Positions 27,786 through 40,530 of a DNA stretch of 64,000 nucleotides are shown piece by piece. The notes beneath the pieces are model-generated. The model saw only the letters and a program-made list of their open reading frames with translations, had not been told where the DNA came from and did no database searches. Each line of letters begins with the position of its first letter. The stretch's first letter is position 1. Position numbers and translations under genes: made by a program. The stretch covers positions 98,978,714-99,042,713 of the forward strand of contig JASCQW010000190.1 in NCBI GenBank assembly GCA_030264375.1, read 5' to 3'. This DNA is from Carcharhinus longimanus (taxonomy: Eukaryota).

Positions 27786-30700
27786 TTGTTGAAGAAAAGC
27801 TGTTGGCCATAATTAACTTGGCAAATTTACATTTACTCTGCTTTCCTCACTGGTCTTCAAGTAGTTCCACAGAAACTTCCTTAGATATGGTTCCTCTTTA
27901 CACGTTCAAAACTGTCAATGAAAGAAGTGAAAAATTGTAACAAGAAAGAAAATGAACATGCTGCATGTAAGTGGGCTGTTTCTTTTTGTCAGAGTAATCA
28001 TATTTTCCTCCCTCTGTTGGCAAAACTGTTCAGCCCACAGGATGAACGTGACAGTTTAACCAACAAGAGAACGCCTCCAAATGCTTGGAGTTGCAATCTG
28101 AAAGCAGCTCTCATCATAAGCCGGGTTTCAGAGATAAGTGATGCCAAGGGTTTGCCAAGACTGTCCAACAAATGTGGTGTCAGTGCCAGCAAGATCCTAA
28201 CTTTCTGGACATCATGAAGAAAATCATTCTCAGCTGAGCCAAAACAAAGCCAAGAGAAATGATGCAAAATCATCCGATCTGCCGATAGCAACTTTTGCTT
28301 CCGTCAGCTGCCTGTCCCTTAGTTCACCAACGATCTTTTGCATTCATCCACTGCGCCTTATTCCACCATCTGGTTCTGCAGTTGTTTTCTATTTCCTATT
28401 AAGTCTTTTTTTGGGAAAAAAAACAATTTTCTAAGTTGTATCCATTGATTTTTAAGATATCATAAACATACCCTTACCTTCCCCTTAAACAATAGTGTCA
28501 AAAATCCTATAATGCTTGGACTGAATTGTTCCAAATCATTGCCATTAAATAATTCCAGTCTTGTATCCCTTGTAATGAACTGTTGGTGAGTTCAATACCT
28601 GCCTGAAGAACACAGATAGTAAAATAAATCTCAGGGGCTGGGTGGCAAAATTGTTTTGCACCTTGACATTCTATCTCTGAGAAATAGGTACAAACCCACA
28701 TTCGATCTATAGAAAATTTGGTCTCTTTGCCAGTTATGAGAATCCTTTGTGTCTATGTTTTAGTAACGTTAACCCAGTGGCAGCTCATAAGGCAACAGTG
28801 CAACAGTATATGATAATTAAATTGGCCAGCGGTGGGGTAACATATGAATTTCACATTCCTGGGTGATTCTGCCATCTGAAATTAACACTAAGGCACAATG
28901 GTGCAGAAATTAAAGAAACTTTACTCGGCATCCAACTGATGGTGTATCTGACCTTGGTGTGTTTGATAGTGGGACAAAAAGCATTAATTGGGTGACTTGT
29001 ATGGCCTCTTTCATGGCAGGGAGGGCATTTAACTGGGTGGGAAGGTAGTATGCTGCCTACTGCCTTCTCACTTCTGCCAACATTAAGCCCAGGCAGGAAG
29101 GTTCATGGACAGACATCTCACCCAAACACCAATTGAAGCCCTTAAATGGCCAATTAATGACCATTTAAGGGTGTCATCCTACTGCTGTTGGTATTACTGT
29201 AACTCTGGGAAGGTCTGTCACCATGAAGCACGCATGACAAGAAACATTGACCAGGCTGCTTGTGGTGTCCTGGTTGGTAGGGAAGTGGGGGGAGAGATGG
29301 AGGGGTGGGAGAAGGTGGTTCATTTCCAAAGACATTTAGTGCCTGATCAAGGAACGTGGCATATGGACAAGGCAGGCCCACTGAGAGTCATCCCATGCCC
29401 TTGCTACCCACCAGCCCATGAAGCCCCTTCTGCCATAATTTAGCTCTGGCCTGGCTGTTATTCAATTTTGGGTCTCCAGTGGCTGCCATTCCTGCAGCAG
29501 CCACAGCTTCCCTGGTAACATTGGTGAGCAAAACTGTTGCTGGCCTCTGATTAGCCAACAGCTCTCAGCAGCTGAGATTTCTGTCCCTGGGTCCTTGATC
29601 CTTTATGTTATCCATGTAAATACCTGAAAGGCACCTTTATCAGCAGGCCTTCTCAGAGGCAGCAACAACATTTGTCTCTTGCTGGCTGTCCAGCTGGCAG
29701 GAGAGACCCTGATACCTCCATTAAATCCCCCCATTCATTCATATGTGCTCTGCCCAAAAACAGGTCCTTACCTCATTATCTGCTGCTGCTTTATCCCGAG
29801 CCATTTTTCTTGGCAGATAGTTTGCTATTACCTGTCACTCTCAGGGACAGGACAAGGAGCCAAAACAGGAATCAAATCCACACTTTTGGTGACATTCTGA
29901 ACCATATGCTAACCAGCTAGCCAACTGGTCTAACCATGACAAAATTCCCAACATACACACCTCTTGCCTGGATCAGTGCAAGTAAGCTTTGTTGATAATT
30001 TAGTAGGTGTTTTCTGAACTGGTGTTAAGCTGCAGCAACCAGTTGTGCCTATTCAAACTGACCCAAGTAAACCAATCTTTACCACTGAAGCAAGTAAATA
30101 ATAAATTGGAAGATCAAACAGAGTTTTTGCTCTTAGTCATTAACTATCAGTTCATCTTGGGTATTCATGTGTGACCACTGAGGGAGGATGAGATTTGATT
30201 CATACGTGGTCACTTCTACAATTGTATAGCTGGCAGTTTCACTCATTGTATTGTTTCACACATGAAGAATTGTTACTTGTGCCTGGTACTTTGGTCCCTT
30301 GGGACTCTAAGCCTGTAAGATTCACTGTCTTTTTAAATGGATGGTAACAAAGTGGGAGAAAATTGGAAGAAAATAATTAAAATGTATATAAATCAAACAA
30401 ATTTTAACACTTCATATGCAAAATTATAACATAGATATGTACATTCAAATATAAAATCACTGAGCGCATTAACAGTGAAATTCTCAGTTCATAAAATTGT
30501 CCCCAAGAAATAACCAGTGGCACTTTTGTTGTGATCTAGCAACTGTGTGCTTCACAGTAAATTTTAACTTATTTATCTAGAACATTAAAAATTATGAGTG
30601 TATTTTATTTCCATGACCTAGATTGAATCAAACATGAGTATAAAGCGTTTTCACCAGGCTGCTAGATTTTTTAAACATTCTGCCCGAAGCAAGCTGGTTT

Positions 30701-31059
30701 CACACAAACAATTATGTAAGTGGACCATTTGATGGCAGTGCTGACACTCACATAGTCACACAGTCCAACCAACTTTAGCACTGTGCTTCCGGATTCAGTC
30801 TGGATGAATAATATCTGCACATCCCTTTACAATGTTGTTTTTTTTCAAGCATCAGAACAATTTATCAAGTGGTTGTTCTCAAGGGTATTTTTAAGAGCAT
30901 AATTTTATTCATTATAAATAATCAAGTTAATATTTTTTACAAACTGCAGTTTTTAGTACCTTATTGTATTTGCAAAACTGTCACAATGTACGAAGCTTAC
31001 AATGAATTACCTTTCAAATGCAATGAATGTTGTTTCTCGGTGGTTACATAGTTGCTGCA

Positions 31060-31450
31060 GACAATTGTAGGTGCAAATCCCAGTCTTGGACACAAAAACT
31101 GAGCTGACTTTCCAGTGCAATATTGAGGGAGTGTTGCACTGCTGGAGGGTCGTCTTCCAGATGAAGCACAAAAAGCCCTATCGGGTGGACAGAAAAATTC
31201 ATTCCACTATTTCAAGAAGAACAGGGAGTTATCACTAGTGTCCTCACCAGCTATTATTTCTCAACCAATATCACTAAAATTGATTATCCCCATGCTGCTT
31301 TGTGAGACGTTGATGTTCACATATTGGTTGCAGTAGCCCATTAGCTCACAACAGTGACTATATTTTAAATGCACTTCCTCAGCTGTTCAGAAATCCGAGA
31401 CATCCGAAGGTTGGAAAGACATATTATATTAATGCAAGGTATCTCTTTCT
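31060..31450 (+). mobile_element. DeuSINE (SacSINE1-like)
   Basis: Deu-domain-like motifs: CAGTGCAATATTGAGGGAGTGTTGCACTG, CCACTATTTCAAGAAGAACAGGGAGTT, CTCAACCAATATCACTAAAA, CAACAGTGACTA; L2-like tail TATATTAATGCAAG. Confidence 0.7.
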
Positions 31451-33174
31451 TTATATAGACAAATGTACTACCCAGACAGCAATGTGATGACCAATCATTT
31501 AACTTCTATAGGAAAACAGTTCAATTAAAACCAAAGAATGGGCCACTTTGAAAATATTGGCATTCTAATAAATGCCCTTTTGAGTGCTGAGAACAAATGG
31601 AAGAAAAGCGTTTTGGAAGTCAATATATTTTGATGCCAATGTGATTAGTTGAATGAAGTTTTTATCTTCTCATCCTGCAACAGTTTTCAATGGCCAATCC
31701 CCATTAATCTCTCAGGCATACAGGATTACCAATATAAAAAGTGCACTGGAGGTCAATATATTTTGATAAAATATTTTGATATCATAAATGACCTTTTAAA
31801 AAAATACTCAAATGAAAAATGTAAACATTTAGTTTTATTGAACAATAGACTTTTGTATTCATAGACCTGAACAGATCAGATTTTTTTTTCCCATGTCATT
31901 CAATATGATAATCATTCAGGAAACTAAAAGCTATCATTAGCTGAATATAGCCACTAAAATCTTTGCACTGTAAAATGGGCTGAAGCCAAATCAAACTAGG
32001 ATGAAATATCATCTCAGGCATCAACACTGTGAATAGCATTTCTTTTTTTTTGTCAATTGTATTTCTGATTGATTAACTTGCAGTAATTGTTTCTCAATCA
32101 AGTTATCTTTATTCAGCCAAATAAGACAAAGGGGCACCATCCAACAAAATAAAGGTTTGAATCCACGTAGAGAGATTTCAAAAAAACTTTAGGATAAAAA
32201 TTTTCATCCTGTATTCCCAGTCAGCAGCCATGTTCAAGGGAAGATTAAGTTGAAGATGGGGCTACAGCATGCAGCAGTGCTGATTCTCTGACTCTTAAAC
32301 CCAATCAGCATATTCACCTACTGAGAGCACAGGATTGACATATTTAGCTTTACATGTTTTGATGGTTTTGGAGTATCTGAAAAGGGCAAAATTGTGTTCA
32401 ATCGTGATGTCTCTTGTGTACAGCCTTTGGAACATGACTCACGGAGGAGTCTATAGAGGTCCTTTTTTTGGTCTCACTACCACCTTGAATTTTGGTGATG
32501 GTGAGATAGTAAAGGAATACAAATCTGGTGGGGAATCAGCTCCACTGGATTTCCAGTTGATTGAGACCCAACACGATATTTTGAGTTGGGCCTAAAACAG
32601 ACACTTCATCAACATATACAAAAAAACTGGAGTCTCGGAGCCATTTTCAGCCCAAGGAGAGTCCTGAACACCAGTGAAATGTTGTGGAAAAAGGTCTAGA
32701 AGAAAAATGACAGTTAAAAGGCCCACACATTTTAGGAGTAAGTCCATTCAAGATTTGAAGGGTCTTTTTTCAACAATCCTTTTATTTCTGTTTTAAGCTG
32801 ACATTTGCACTTTTATTAGTTTTAGGGACAATTATTTAATTTCTCATTTTGTCCACTTCTTCCCTAATTGCCACTGTGGAGGTTTCCTGTCAGGAACCTT
32901 TCAAGCTTACAGAGATTAGAGATGAGTGGAAGAATGTCAAGCAGGTCAAGCTAACCAAGATCTGTCCTTGACTTTCCCAGCATATGCACCCCAATATCTT
33001 CAGAGAAGTAACAAACATTGCCTTGACAGGAATGGAGACATTACTTCCCAATGATGGATGTGGTGTCACAATGAGATGTGAATACCTGTCTAACCCTTAT
33101 GCCAGAAAAAATTCAAAATATGTCCCAACAACAGCATGGTATTCCATAGGGCAAGCAGGACCCAGCATTGTCCA

Positions 33175-33520
33175 TTAGAACATATGACAATTAAAAAAAT
33201 AAGAGCTGGAGTAGGCCATTTGGCGCCTTGACCCCACATCACCATTTAACAAGATCATAACTGATCATGAATTCCATCTTCTTGACCATCTTAATATCCC
33301 TTAGCACCCTTACTATCCAAAAATTAATCAACTTCTGTCTTGAATATACTCTATGATTGAACATGTACAGTTCTCTGTGGTAGAAAATTCCAAAGATTTT
33401 CAACCCACTGAATAATGATATTTTTCCTCAGCTAAGTCCTAAGTGCTCTTAAACTGTGATCCAATGTTCTAGATTGTCCAGCCAGGAAAAATACTTCTCA
33501 TTATCTACCCTCGTTCCCTA
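33175..33520 (-). mobile_element. CR1 3' end
   Basis: Similar to 10250-10650 (GAGTAGGCCATT..., GGTAGAAAATTCCAAAGATT). Confidence 0.7.
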
Positions 33521-34222
33521 TTAGTTCTGGAATGCTTTTGGTGTCTTTGACCATGAAGACAGATACAAAATTTTTGTTCACTCCATTATTATCATTAAAA
33601 TTATTAGTCACATGCATCAAGATGCCACCAACCATTTATGCAGTCCCTGCCAATCAGTCACCACAACAACCATTCCCCCTCCCACTCCTCACCCTCCACC
33701 ACACCCCTCTACTTTGTGCCTTCACAAGAGGAAGGAAGATAATGAAAAAATATAGTGTAGAAAAACTGGCAGAATAATTTAAATTTTTATTGTTGATTAC
33801 AGTAAATTAATTATTGTTCCGACCCTAAAAACTGTGACACTTGAAATGTAGCGATTTGATTGTTTACTAAATAACAAGTGAAGTACTTTTATTCAATTAA
33901 ATATGTAACTATTAAGCAATACCACTGACGGCTCTATGTTCTTGGCAATGACTGTGACTAACTAATGCATTCAGAGGATTGACATACAGTTAAATAATAA
34001 CATTTATTCTCTGGTTTGAGTAGCTTTCTACACTGCTGAACAAGGTGATAATTCAAAGGAATGAAAAGAAAAAAAACAATAATTCATGTTTATAAAAACA
34101 AACACATCTTCAGCACTCAACGGTGCATTAGCCTCTTTCACAATGATCTACAGCACTCTACATTGTAAATATGTATAGGGTGGCCATGAAGCTGGCTGGA
34201 TCTCTCTTTCAAGATTTCTTGA

Positions 34223-34470
34223 TGTGGGTACTCTCCATTCACCTGACGAAGAGGCAGTCCCCTCGAAAGCTTGTGAGAATATTATCAAATAAATAGGTTG
34301 GACNNNNNNNNNNNNNNNNNNNNNNNNNNNNNNNNNNNNNNNNNNNNNNNNNNNNNNNNNNNNNNNNNNNNNNNNNNNNNNNNNNNNNNNNNNNNNNNNN
34401 NNNGAAAGCTTGTGAGAATATTATCAAATAAATAGGTTGGACTAAAACCTGGTGTTGTCAGACTTTTTAA
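34223..34470 (+). mobile_element. Penelope-like element pLTR fragment with hammerhead motif (contains N gap)
   Basis: TCACCTGACGAAGAGGCAGTCCCCTCGAAAGCTTGTGA...AAATAAATAGGTTGGACTAAAACCTGGTGTTGTCAGACTTTT, flanked by the 12 bp direct repeat AAGATTTCTTGA (34211-34222 and 34471-34482). Confidence 0.75.
34239..34276 (+). ncRNA. Minimal type-I hammerhead ribozyme motif
   Basis: Stem I TCAC/GTGA; core CTGACGA(+A); stem II GAGG/CCTC; GAAA; palindromic helix III AGCT; predicted cleavage after CUU (34272). Confidence 0.7.
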
Positions 34471-34626
34471 AAGATTTCTTGAGACATTGCTGAATTTTTA
34501 TCTTTTGTTTTCGTACCACCTGTGAGATATGTCTGGAAATAACAGTTTTCTCATTCTTTTCCACAATGAATGGTGTCTAAAGGTTTTTGTCTTCATGTCT
34601 GACCAACTCAGCTTGGACTTACTTGG

Positions 34627-34783
34627 GTGTGGAGATGCCAGCATTGGATTGGGGTGAGCACAGTAAGAAGTCTCACAACATCAGTTTAAAATCCAACAGT
34701 TTTTTTTTAATCTGAAAGCTCCAAAAGCTCACGGTTCCAAACAAACCTGTTGACGTTTAACCTGGTATTGTGAAACTTCCTAC
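34627..34783. mobile_element. Penelope-like fragment with internal inverted duplication
   Basis: CAGTAAGAAGTCTCACAACATCAG...CCAACAG faces its reverse complement CTGTTG...CTGGTATTGTGAAACTTCCTACTG. Flanked by the 13 bp direct repeat TGGACTTACTTGG (34614-34626, 34784-34796). Confidence 0.65.
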
Positions 34784-35684
34784 TGGACTTACTTGGACCA
34801 ACTTATTCTTGCCTTAGCACAGAAGGAACTGTAGAAGCTTGTGTAGGGCCTCGACTGATATTTTGGATAAGTTACATGTTCCTTCTAAAGTGCAAACTAT
34901 TCTTTTCAATTTACTTCATTACCTCTCTCCACCCTCCATATGAATAGATTATGTTGCTTAATTGCAATACCACTAGTATAATTATTAGATATATTTCTAC
35001 CCAAAAGGAGATATATTTTGCCCGAAGGTAATGTTTGGGAAGATTTTAAGTAACAGTTTGGTGTTTTGTTCCTAAAGATGCTCAGATTGATGTGACTTAG
35101 AGATCACCTTACATTTAAAATCCAACTGTTGCACATTTGTCCAATTTGTAATAAAACAAGAAACTAAATATTATTTGTTTAAGATTTATTTAGAATCAGG
35201 CTGGAACATAACATGAGGAAGGATGGGTACATTTCAGTAACAATAAGGAAAATACTCCTGAAGTTATTGGTTTCTTGCTCCGATATGATGGATAGGTTGC
35301 AGTCACTCACCAGTATTTCATCCCAACCATCTTAAGAATGAACCCTGAGAGTTCTTGTTGGGAGGATGTTCAACAATAAAAGACACCACATCAAGCACTT
35401 GACCTATGGACACTTCCAGTGAGGCCACTGAATAACTTCAAAGAGCAAAAACCCTCCCGAGTGACTTTATTCACTGTAATCCAGGACTCAAAATACAATT
35501 TAATAAGCAGCATTACTACTGTTTAGGTTAGTATTAGTTAACACAGACCAGGGATTAGTTATGGAATCTTGTTGATGAACATATTTCATCTACTCACTGG
35601 CACTGAGTCATTATGAAGCTGCGGTTGTTTGCATCAATGTAAAAGAGAAATTGAGTATTAACAAACTGCTGATAAAACGATTAC

Positions 35685-35785
35685 AAAAACAGAAAATGCT
35701 GGAGAAACTCAGCAGGTCTGATACTATTTGTGGAAAGAGAATAGAGCCAAAGTTTTGAGTCAGGATGACCCTTTGTTAGAGCTGA
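35685..35785 (-). mobile_element. Second Penelope-like family fragment with decayed hammerhead core
   Basis: AAAACAGAAAATGCTGGAGAAACTCAGCAGGTCTG...TTTTGAGTCAGGATGACCCTTTGTTAGAGCTG. The minus strand gives CTAACAA-AGGGTCATCCTGACTC-AAAA, i.e. CTGACGA/GAAA after G>A changes. Confidence 0.5.
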
Positions 35786-35799
35786 TACAATGATTATCT

Positions 35800-36146
35800 G
35801 GATTCAAATGTATGGGATTCAGATTCAGATGTATGGGATTGTGGGTAATCTAGGAAGTTGGATCAGGAATTGGCTATCAGATAGGAGACAGAGGGTGGTG
35901 GTNNNNNNNNNNNNNNNNNNNNNNNNNNNNNNNNNNNNNNNNNNNNNNNNNNNNNNNNNNNNNNNNNNNNNNNNNNNNNNNNNNNNNNNNNNNNNNNNNN
36001 NNTTTAAGAGATCTGTGGATAGGTTTATGGACGAAAAGGGATTGGTATAGGCTAGTGGGTCATTGTTTTTGTAACTGGTGGGCGCAACATCGTGGGCCGA
36101 AGGGCCTGTTCTGCGCTGTAATGTTCTATGTTCTATGTTCTATGTT
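35800..36146 (+). mobile_element. CR1 fragment (gapped) with (TGTTCTA)n tail
   Basis: GIVGNLGSWIRNWLSDRRQRVV; tail GGGCCGAAGGGCCTGTTCTGCGCTGTAATGTTCTATGTTCTATGTTCTATG. Confidence 0.85.
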
Positions 36147-36959
36147 CAATACATTGTACCTGGTAGGCCTTACAGCAGCCCTTGAAATGAAAAATCTCTC
36201 AAATACATTCATTTCAATGATTTCCTACTTTAAAAAAGAAGTTCATTTCATTTGCATCAATAACAACAAAAACAACATTTTGTTTGTAGCATTTTGAATG
36301 CAGTAAAATGTCCAATGGTGCATCAAACAAAATATTAACATTCAGACACATACGGAAATGCGAGAGAGGAAGACCAAACATTGGATGAAAATGTTATGTT
36401 TTGGGGAATCATAAAAGAAGAAAGAAAGATAGAGAGGCAGAGAGTTTAGAGAGTGAATTTCAGAGCATAGGGCCTAGGTATGGTCACTATGGCCCGTATG
36501 GTCACTTACCAATGGAATCAAGGTTGATCAAAGGGTCAGAATGCATCTGGATTTTAAAAAATATAAAAGTAGCAAGTGGCAAGGCCGTGGAGAGATTTAA
36601 AATAAGGATATAAGTTCTAAAACTGAGATGCTGCTTAACCAAGGGCCAAGATAGGTTAATGAGCACAAATACAATAGATAAATGGGACTTGATGTGGTTA
36701 AGATATTTGGCCATCAAATGTGTCCAACACTTTTGCAGAGCAGGAGCAAATACCTGTGCATTTTCCATATCAACAGTGGCCCAAGCCTACCTGTTTTAGA
36801 TGTTACAACAAATACACAAACTTTTGTTTGACATTATGTGGTTGGGCAACATGGAGATAATTTTACTCAATTGGCACATTTGTTACAGAATCAAAAAATA
36901 GCTAGTCACACAAAATAAGTTATGAAATCACAACATTTCTTTTAGGGACTAGTCTGCAT

Positions 36960-38070
36960 TCAGATGAAAGGCTTGCCTTATGAAAACAGAACAGGTTGGG
37001 CCTATACCCATTGGAGTTTAGAAGAGTAAGAGGTGATCTTATTGCAACATAAAAGGTCCTGAGAGGCTTTGAAACTGAGAGGGTGTCTCCTCTTGTCAGG
37101 GAGATGAGAACTAGGGGCCAATGCTTAAGATAAGAGATGTCCCTTTTAAGTCAGAGATGAGGAGAATTTATTTTCTCTCAGAGGATCGTTACTCTGAGGA
37201 ATTCTCTTCCCCAGAGAACAGTGGGGTCCAGGTCATTGAATTTATTCAAGACTGTGTTCAGTAGATTTTTGGCTGATGATGAAGTACAGGGTTGTGGAGG
37301 AAAGACAGGAAAATGGAACTGAGGTCACAGTCAGACCAGTGATGAACTTATCAAATGGTGGAGCAGGCTCAAAGCACTGAATGGTCTACTCAGTCTCTGA
37401 ATTCCTACATTCCTACGTTCATCCCATAATTATTACCCTGAAGTATTCATGGATAAGTAACAAAAATAATCAAAAGTTTAACTCATGGAACACAGATCTT
37501 TAGATCTTGAGGATGAAAAACAAGGAGATATTAGTTTGCTGCAGTGATCCAAAACTCTGACAAGACAACAGCTAGAGTACTCTCAACAGTCCCTGGGCTT
37601 CTTAGGAAGCGTATGTTGCCCTTGGGAGGAAGAGCAGTGTAGATTTACCAAAATAATACTTGAACCCTAAGCCTTAACATATGAGAAGAAATTACAGCAC
37701 CTGAAGTTGTATTCTCTGGAATTTAAGGGGAGGTTTGAATGAAGTTTTTAGGGGATATTGAGGAGAACTGATAGGGTAGATATTTCTGTTGGCCAGAAAG
37801 TCCCTCGACTCTGGATCTTAGTCCAGACATTAGAACCATATCTTTTAGGAATGAAATTAAGAAACATTTCCACATGCAACTTGTGGTAGAAATCTGAATC
37901 TCTCCTTGGCAATTCATGTTGGATCAGTTGTTAATTTTCATTCTGAGATTGCTAGATTTTGTTAATCAAAGGTATTAAAGGATATGGAGTTAGGTTGCAG
38001 CATCAACAGTAATGTCATTGAACGGCAGACAGGTTACAGAGGCTAAATGGCTTACTCCTGTCTCTAATTT
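36960..38070 (+). mobile_element. Two CR1 3' fragments (~36960-37400, ~37590-38070)
   Basis: LEFRR.RGDLI motif, TRG..L.IR..PF..EMRR.FFSQR.V.L.NSLPQ, and CR1-type 3' UTRs. Confidence 0.75.
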
Positions 38071-38967
38071 CCAATCTGGTATACAACAACAGTTGCTGGG
38101 TAGGAGAATGTCACTGTTATAGTAATTGTCAAAATCTGGCAATGCATCCTGTCACCCCTGAGGATATATGATTCTGACATCTTATATATTCAAGTGACAC
38201 AGGCAAAAACAGTTGAAGTTGCACTGTGAGGGATTTGGGGAACTGAAGTTCCTGTAGCTCTATCTATCAAGTGATGGAAAACCGAATATGAATCACCAGA
38301 TGTGCAATTTGACAAATACGTTATTGAGCATGACGTGAGCAAGGCAGTGGAATAGTATAGTGCAAAATACCGAAAGAAGATAAATAAGAGTGCCGTTTAA
38401 ACCTTCACAATGAACCATCTGGAATAACGGCAGTCCTCCCCGGATTCAGTCACCTTTTTCATTCATCCTTGAACCACAGAAGTATAATTGATCTTGCCTA
38501 CCAGTTTACTAATCATCCTCAACCGAATTTCAAATTAGTCAACATATACCCTGAAGTGTTGTGGTGAACGCAGAGGTAGTCAATAGTGCTGCTATTGCGA
38601 AACCAGGCTTTGTTGAAAGGATAGGTCTTTTAATAAACAAAGTGCTTTGCAGCTACAAACAAATGGAGTACACAAAACATAAAGGAAACAACATAACGTG
38701 GAAAACATTTAATGATGTTGAATTCAGAATTCTGGTTAGACAGGAAAACACCTTCATCTAGCTTATCAGTGAAACTAGCATACACTTCCTGTCATGTCAG
38801 GAGTGACTCATAGGAGACTGAGACTGCAGGACTGGATAACAGATTTTTTTTGTATTCATTCATGGAACATGGGTGTCATTGGCTGGCCAGCATTTATTGC
38901 CCATCTCTAGTTATCCTTGGAGGGCAGTTGAGAGTCAACCACATTGCTGTGGCTCTGGAGTGACACA

Positions 38968-39035
38968 GTAAAAAGTCTGACAACACCAGGTTTTAGTCCA
39001 ACCGATTTATTTGATAGTAAACTCACAAGCTTTCG
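38968..39035 (-). mobile_element. Penelope-like pLTR fragment cut by assembly gap
   Basis: Near-identical to 61735-61802; ends CACAAGCTTTCG at the N run. Confidence 0.7.
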
Positions 39036-39523
39036 NNNNNNNNNNNNNNNNNNNNNNNNNNNNNNNNNNNNNNNNNNNNNNNNNNNNNNNNNNNNNNNNN
39101 NNNNNNNNNNNNNNNNNNNNNNNNNNNNNNNNNNNNNNNNNNNNNNNNNNNNNNNNNNNNNNNNNNNNNNNNNNNNNNNNNNNNNNNNNNNNNNNNNNNN
39201 NNNNNNNNNNNNNNNNNNNNNNNNNNNNNNNNNNNNNNNNNNNNNNNNNNNNNNNNNNNNNNNNNNNNNNNNNNNNNNNNNNNNNNNNNNNNNNNNNNNN
39301 NNNNNNNNNNNNNNNNNNNNNNNNNNNNNNNNNNNNNNNNNNNNNNNNNNNNNNNNNNNNNNNNNNNNNNNNNNNNNNNNNNNNNNNNNNNNNNNNNNNN
39401 NNNNNNNNNNNNNNNNNNNNNNNNNNNNNNNNNNNNNNNNNNNNNNNNNNNNNNNNNNNNNNNNNNNNNNNNNNNNNNNNNNNNNNNNNNNNNNNNNNNN
39501 NNNNNNNNNNNNNNNNNNNNNNN

Positions 39524-40530
39524 TAATCACTGTTCTGTGCTGAGATACCTGGTCTTGGTTTGGGCGGTGGTCGAGGTGCAACAAATGATCCAGGGAGCAG
39601 AAAATCAGTCAAATTGATTACTCCTGATTACTGGCCCCTCCTGGCTGTTTGGGTAAGAGCATCAGATGCTTATAGGATAAGTGATGCGCTCCAATCCAAA
39701 ATACTCACCCACACTCATCGAAAAGGTTAAGACTTTAATAATGATTACTTGACTGAGCTAATAAGGCTAAAAATTGATTGGAAAGAAAAAAATGTTTAAA
39801 CAAAACAAAATTTGAAAAAAAACCTGAAATGATTGGTTTTAATTGTACTCAGTGTCCTGCAATTCAAGATTCTTGGATGTCAATCTCTGGAAAACATTGA
39901 GTACAGATTTCTTTACATCGATTCATTTGTGGACAGCTTCTACTAAGCCCTTGGCATGCAAGAGTTTCAGGACAAATATTTTCAGATTTATTTTATTTCA
40001 TCTCCAGTTCTTTGATCACTCAATTGCAGAGCAACAATGTCAATGAACCAGCAACCCCTTCATTTAATTTTTAAATAGGTTATTGACAGCCATATCCAAA
40101 AGCTAAAGGACCTCATTGCATGACATAGAAACAAAATAAATGAGTGTCCTTGCTTTCCAACTTGCACCGTACAATGTCCATGACATGTTCTTGAAAACGA
40201 TCTCTCATCAATTAAAACCAATCATTTCAAGGTTTTTTTAAAATTTTGTTTTGTTTCAACATTCTTTTCTTTCCAGTCAATTTTTAGCCTTATTAGCTCA
40301 GTCAAGTAACCACTATTAAAGTCTTAACCTTTCCAATGAGTGTGGGTGAGTACTTTGGATTGGAGCGCATCACTTATCCTATAAGTATCTGATGCTCTTA
40401 CCCAAACAGCCAGGAGGGGCCAGTAATCAGCAACAATCAATTTGACTGATTTTCTGCTCCTTTGATCATTTATTGCACCTCAACCACCGCCCAAACCAAG
40501 ACCAGGTATCTCAGCACAGAACAGTGATTA
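39524..40530. repeat. Long inverted repeat: 322 bp arms (39524-39845 / 40209-40530) with a 363 bp spacer
   Basis: The arms align end to end as reverse complements with roughly 18-19 differences by hand count; the left arm abuts an N gap. Confidence 0.95.

Noticed and set aside
27918-28291. Overlapping 97-99 aa ORFs in apparently unique sequence
   Set aside because: No recognisable domain or convincing splice-site pair; length is within chance expectation.
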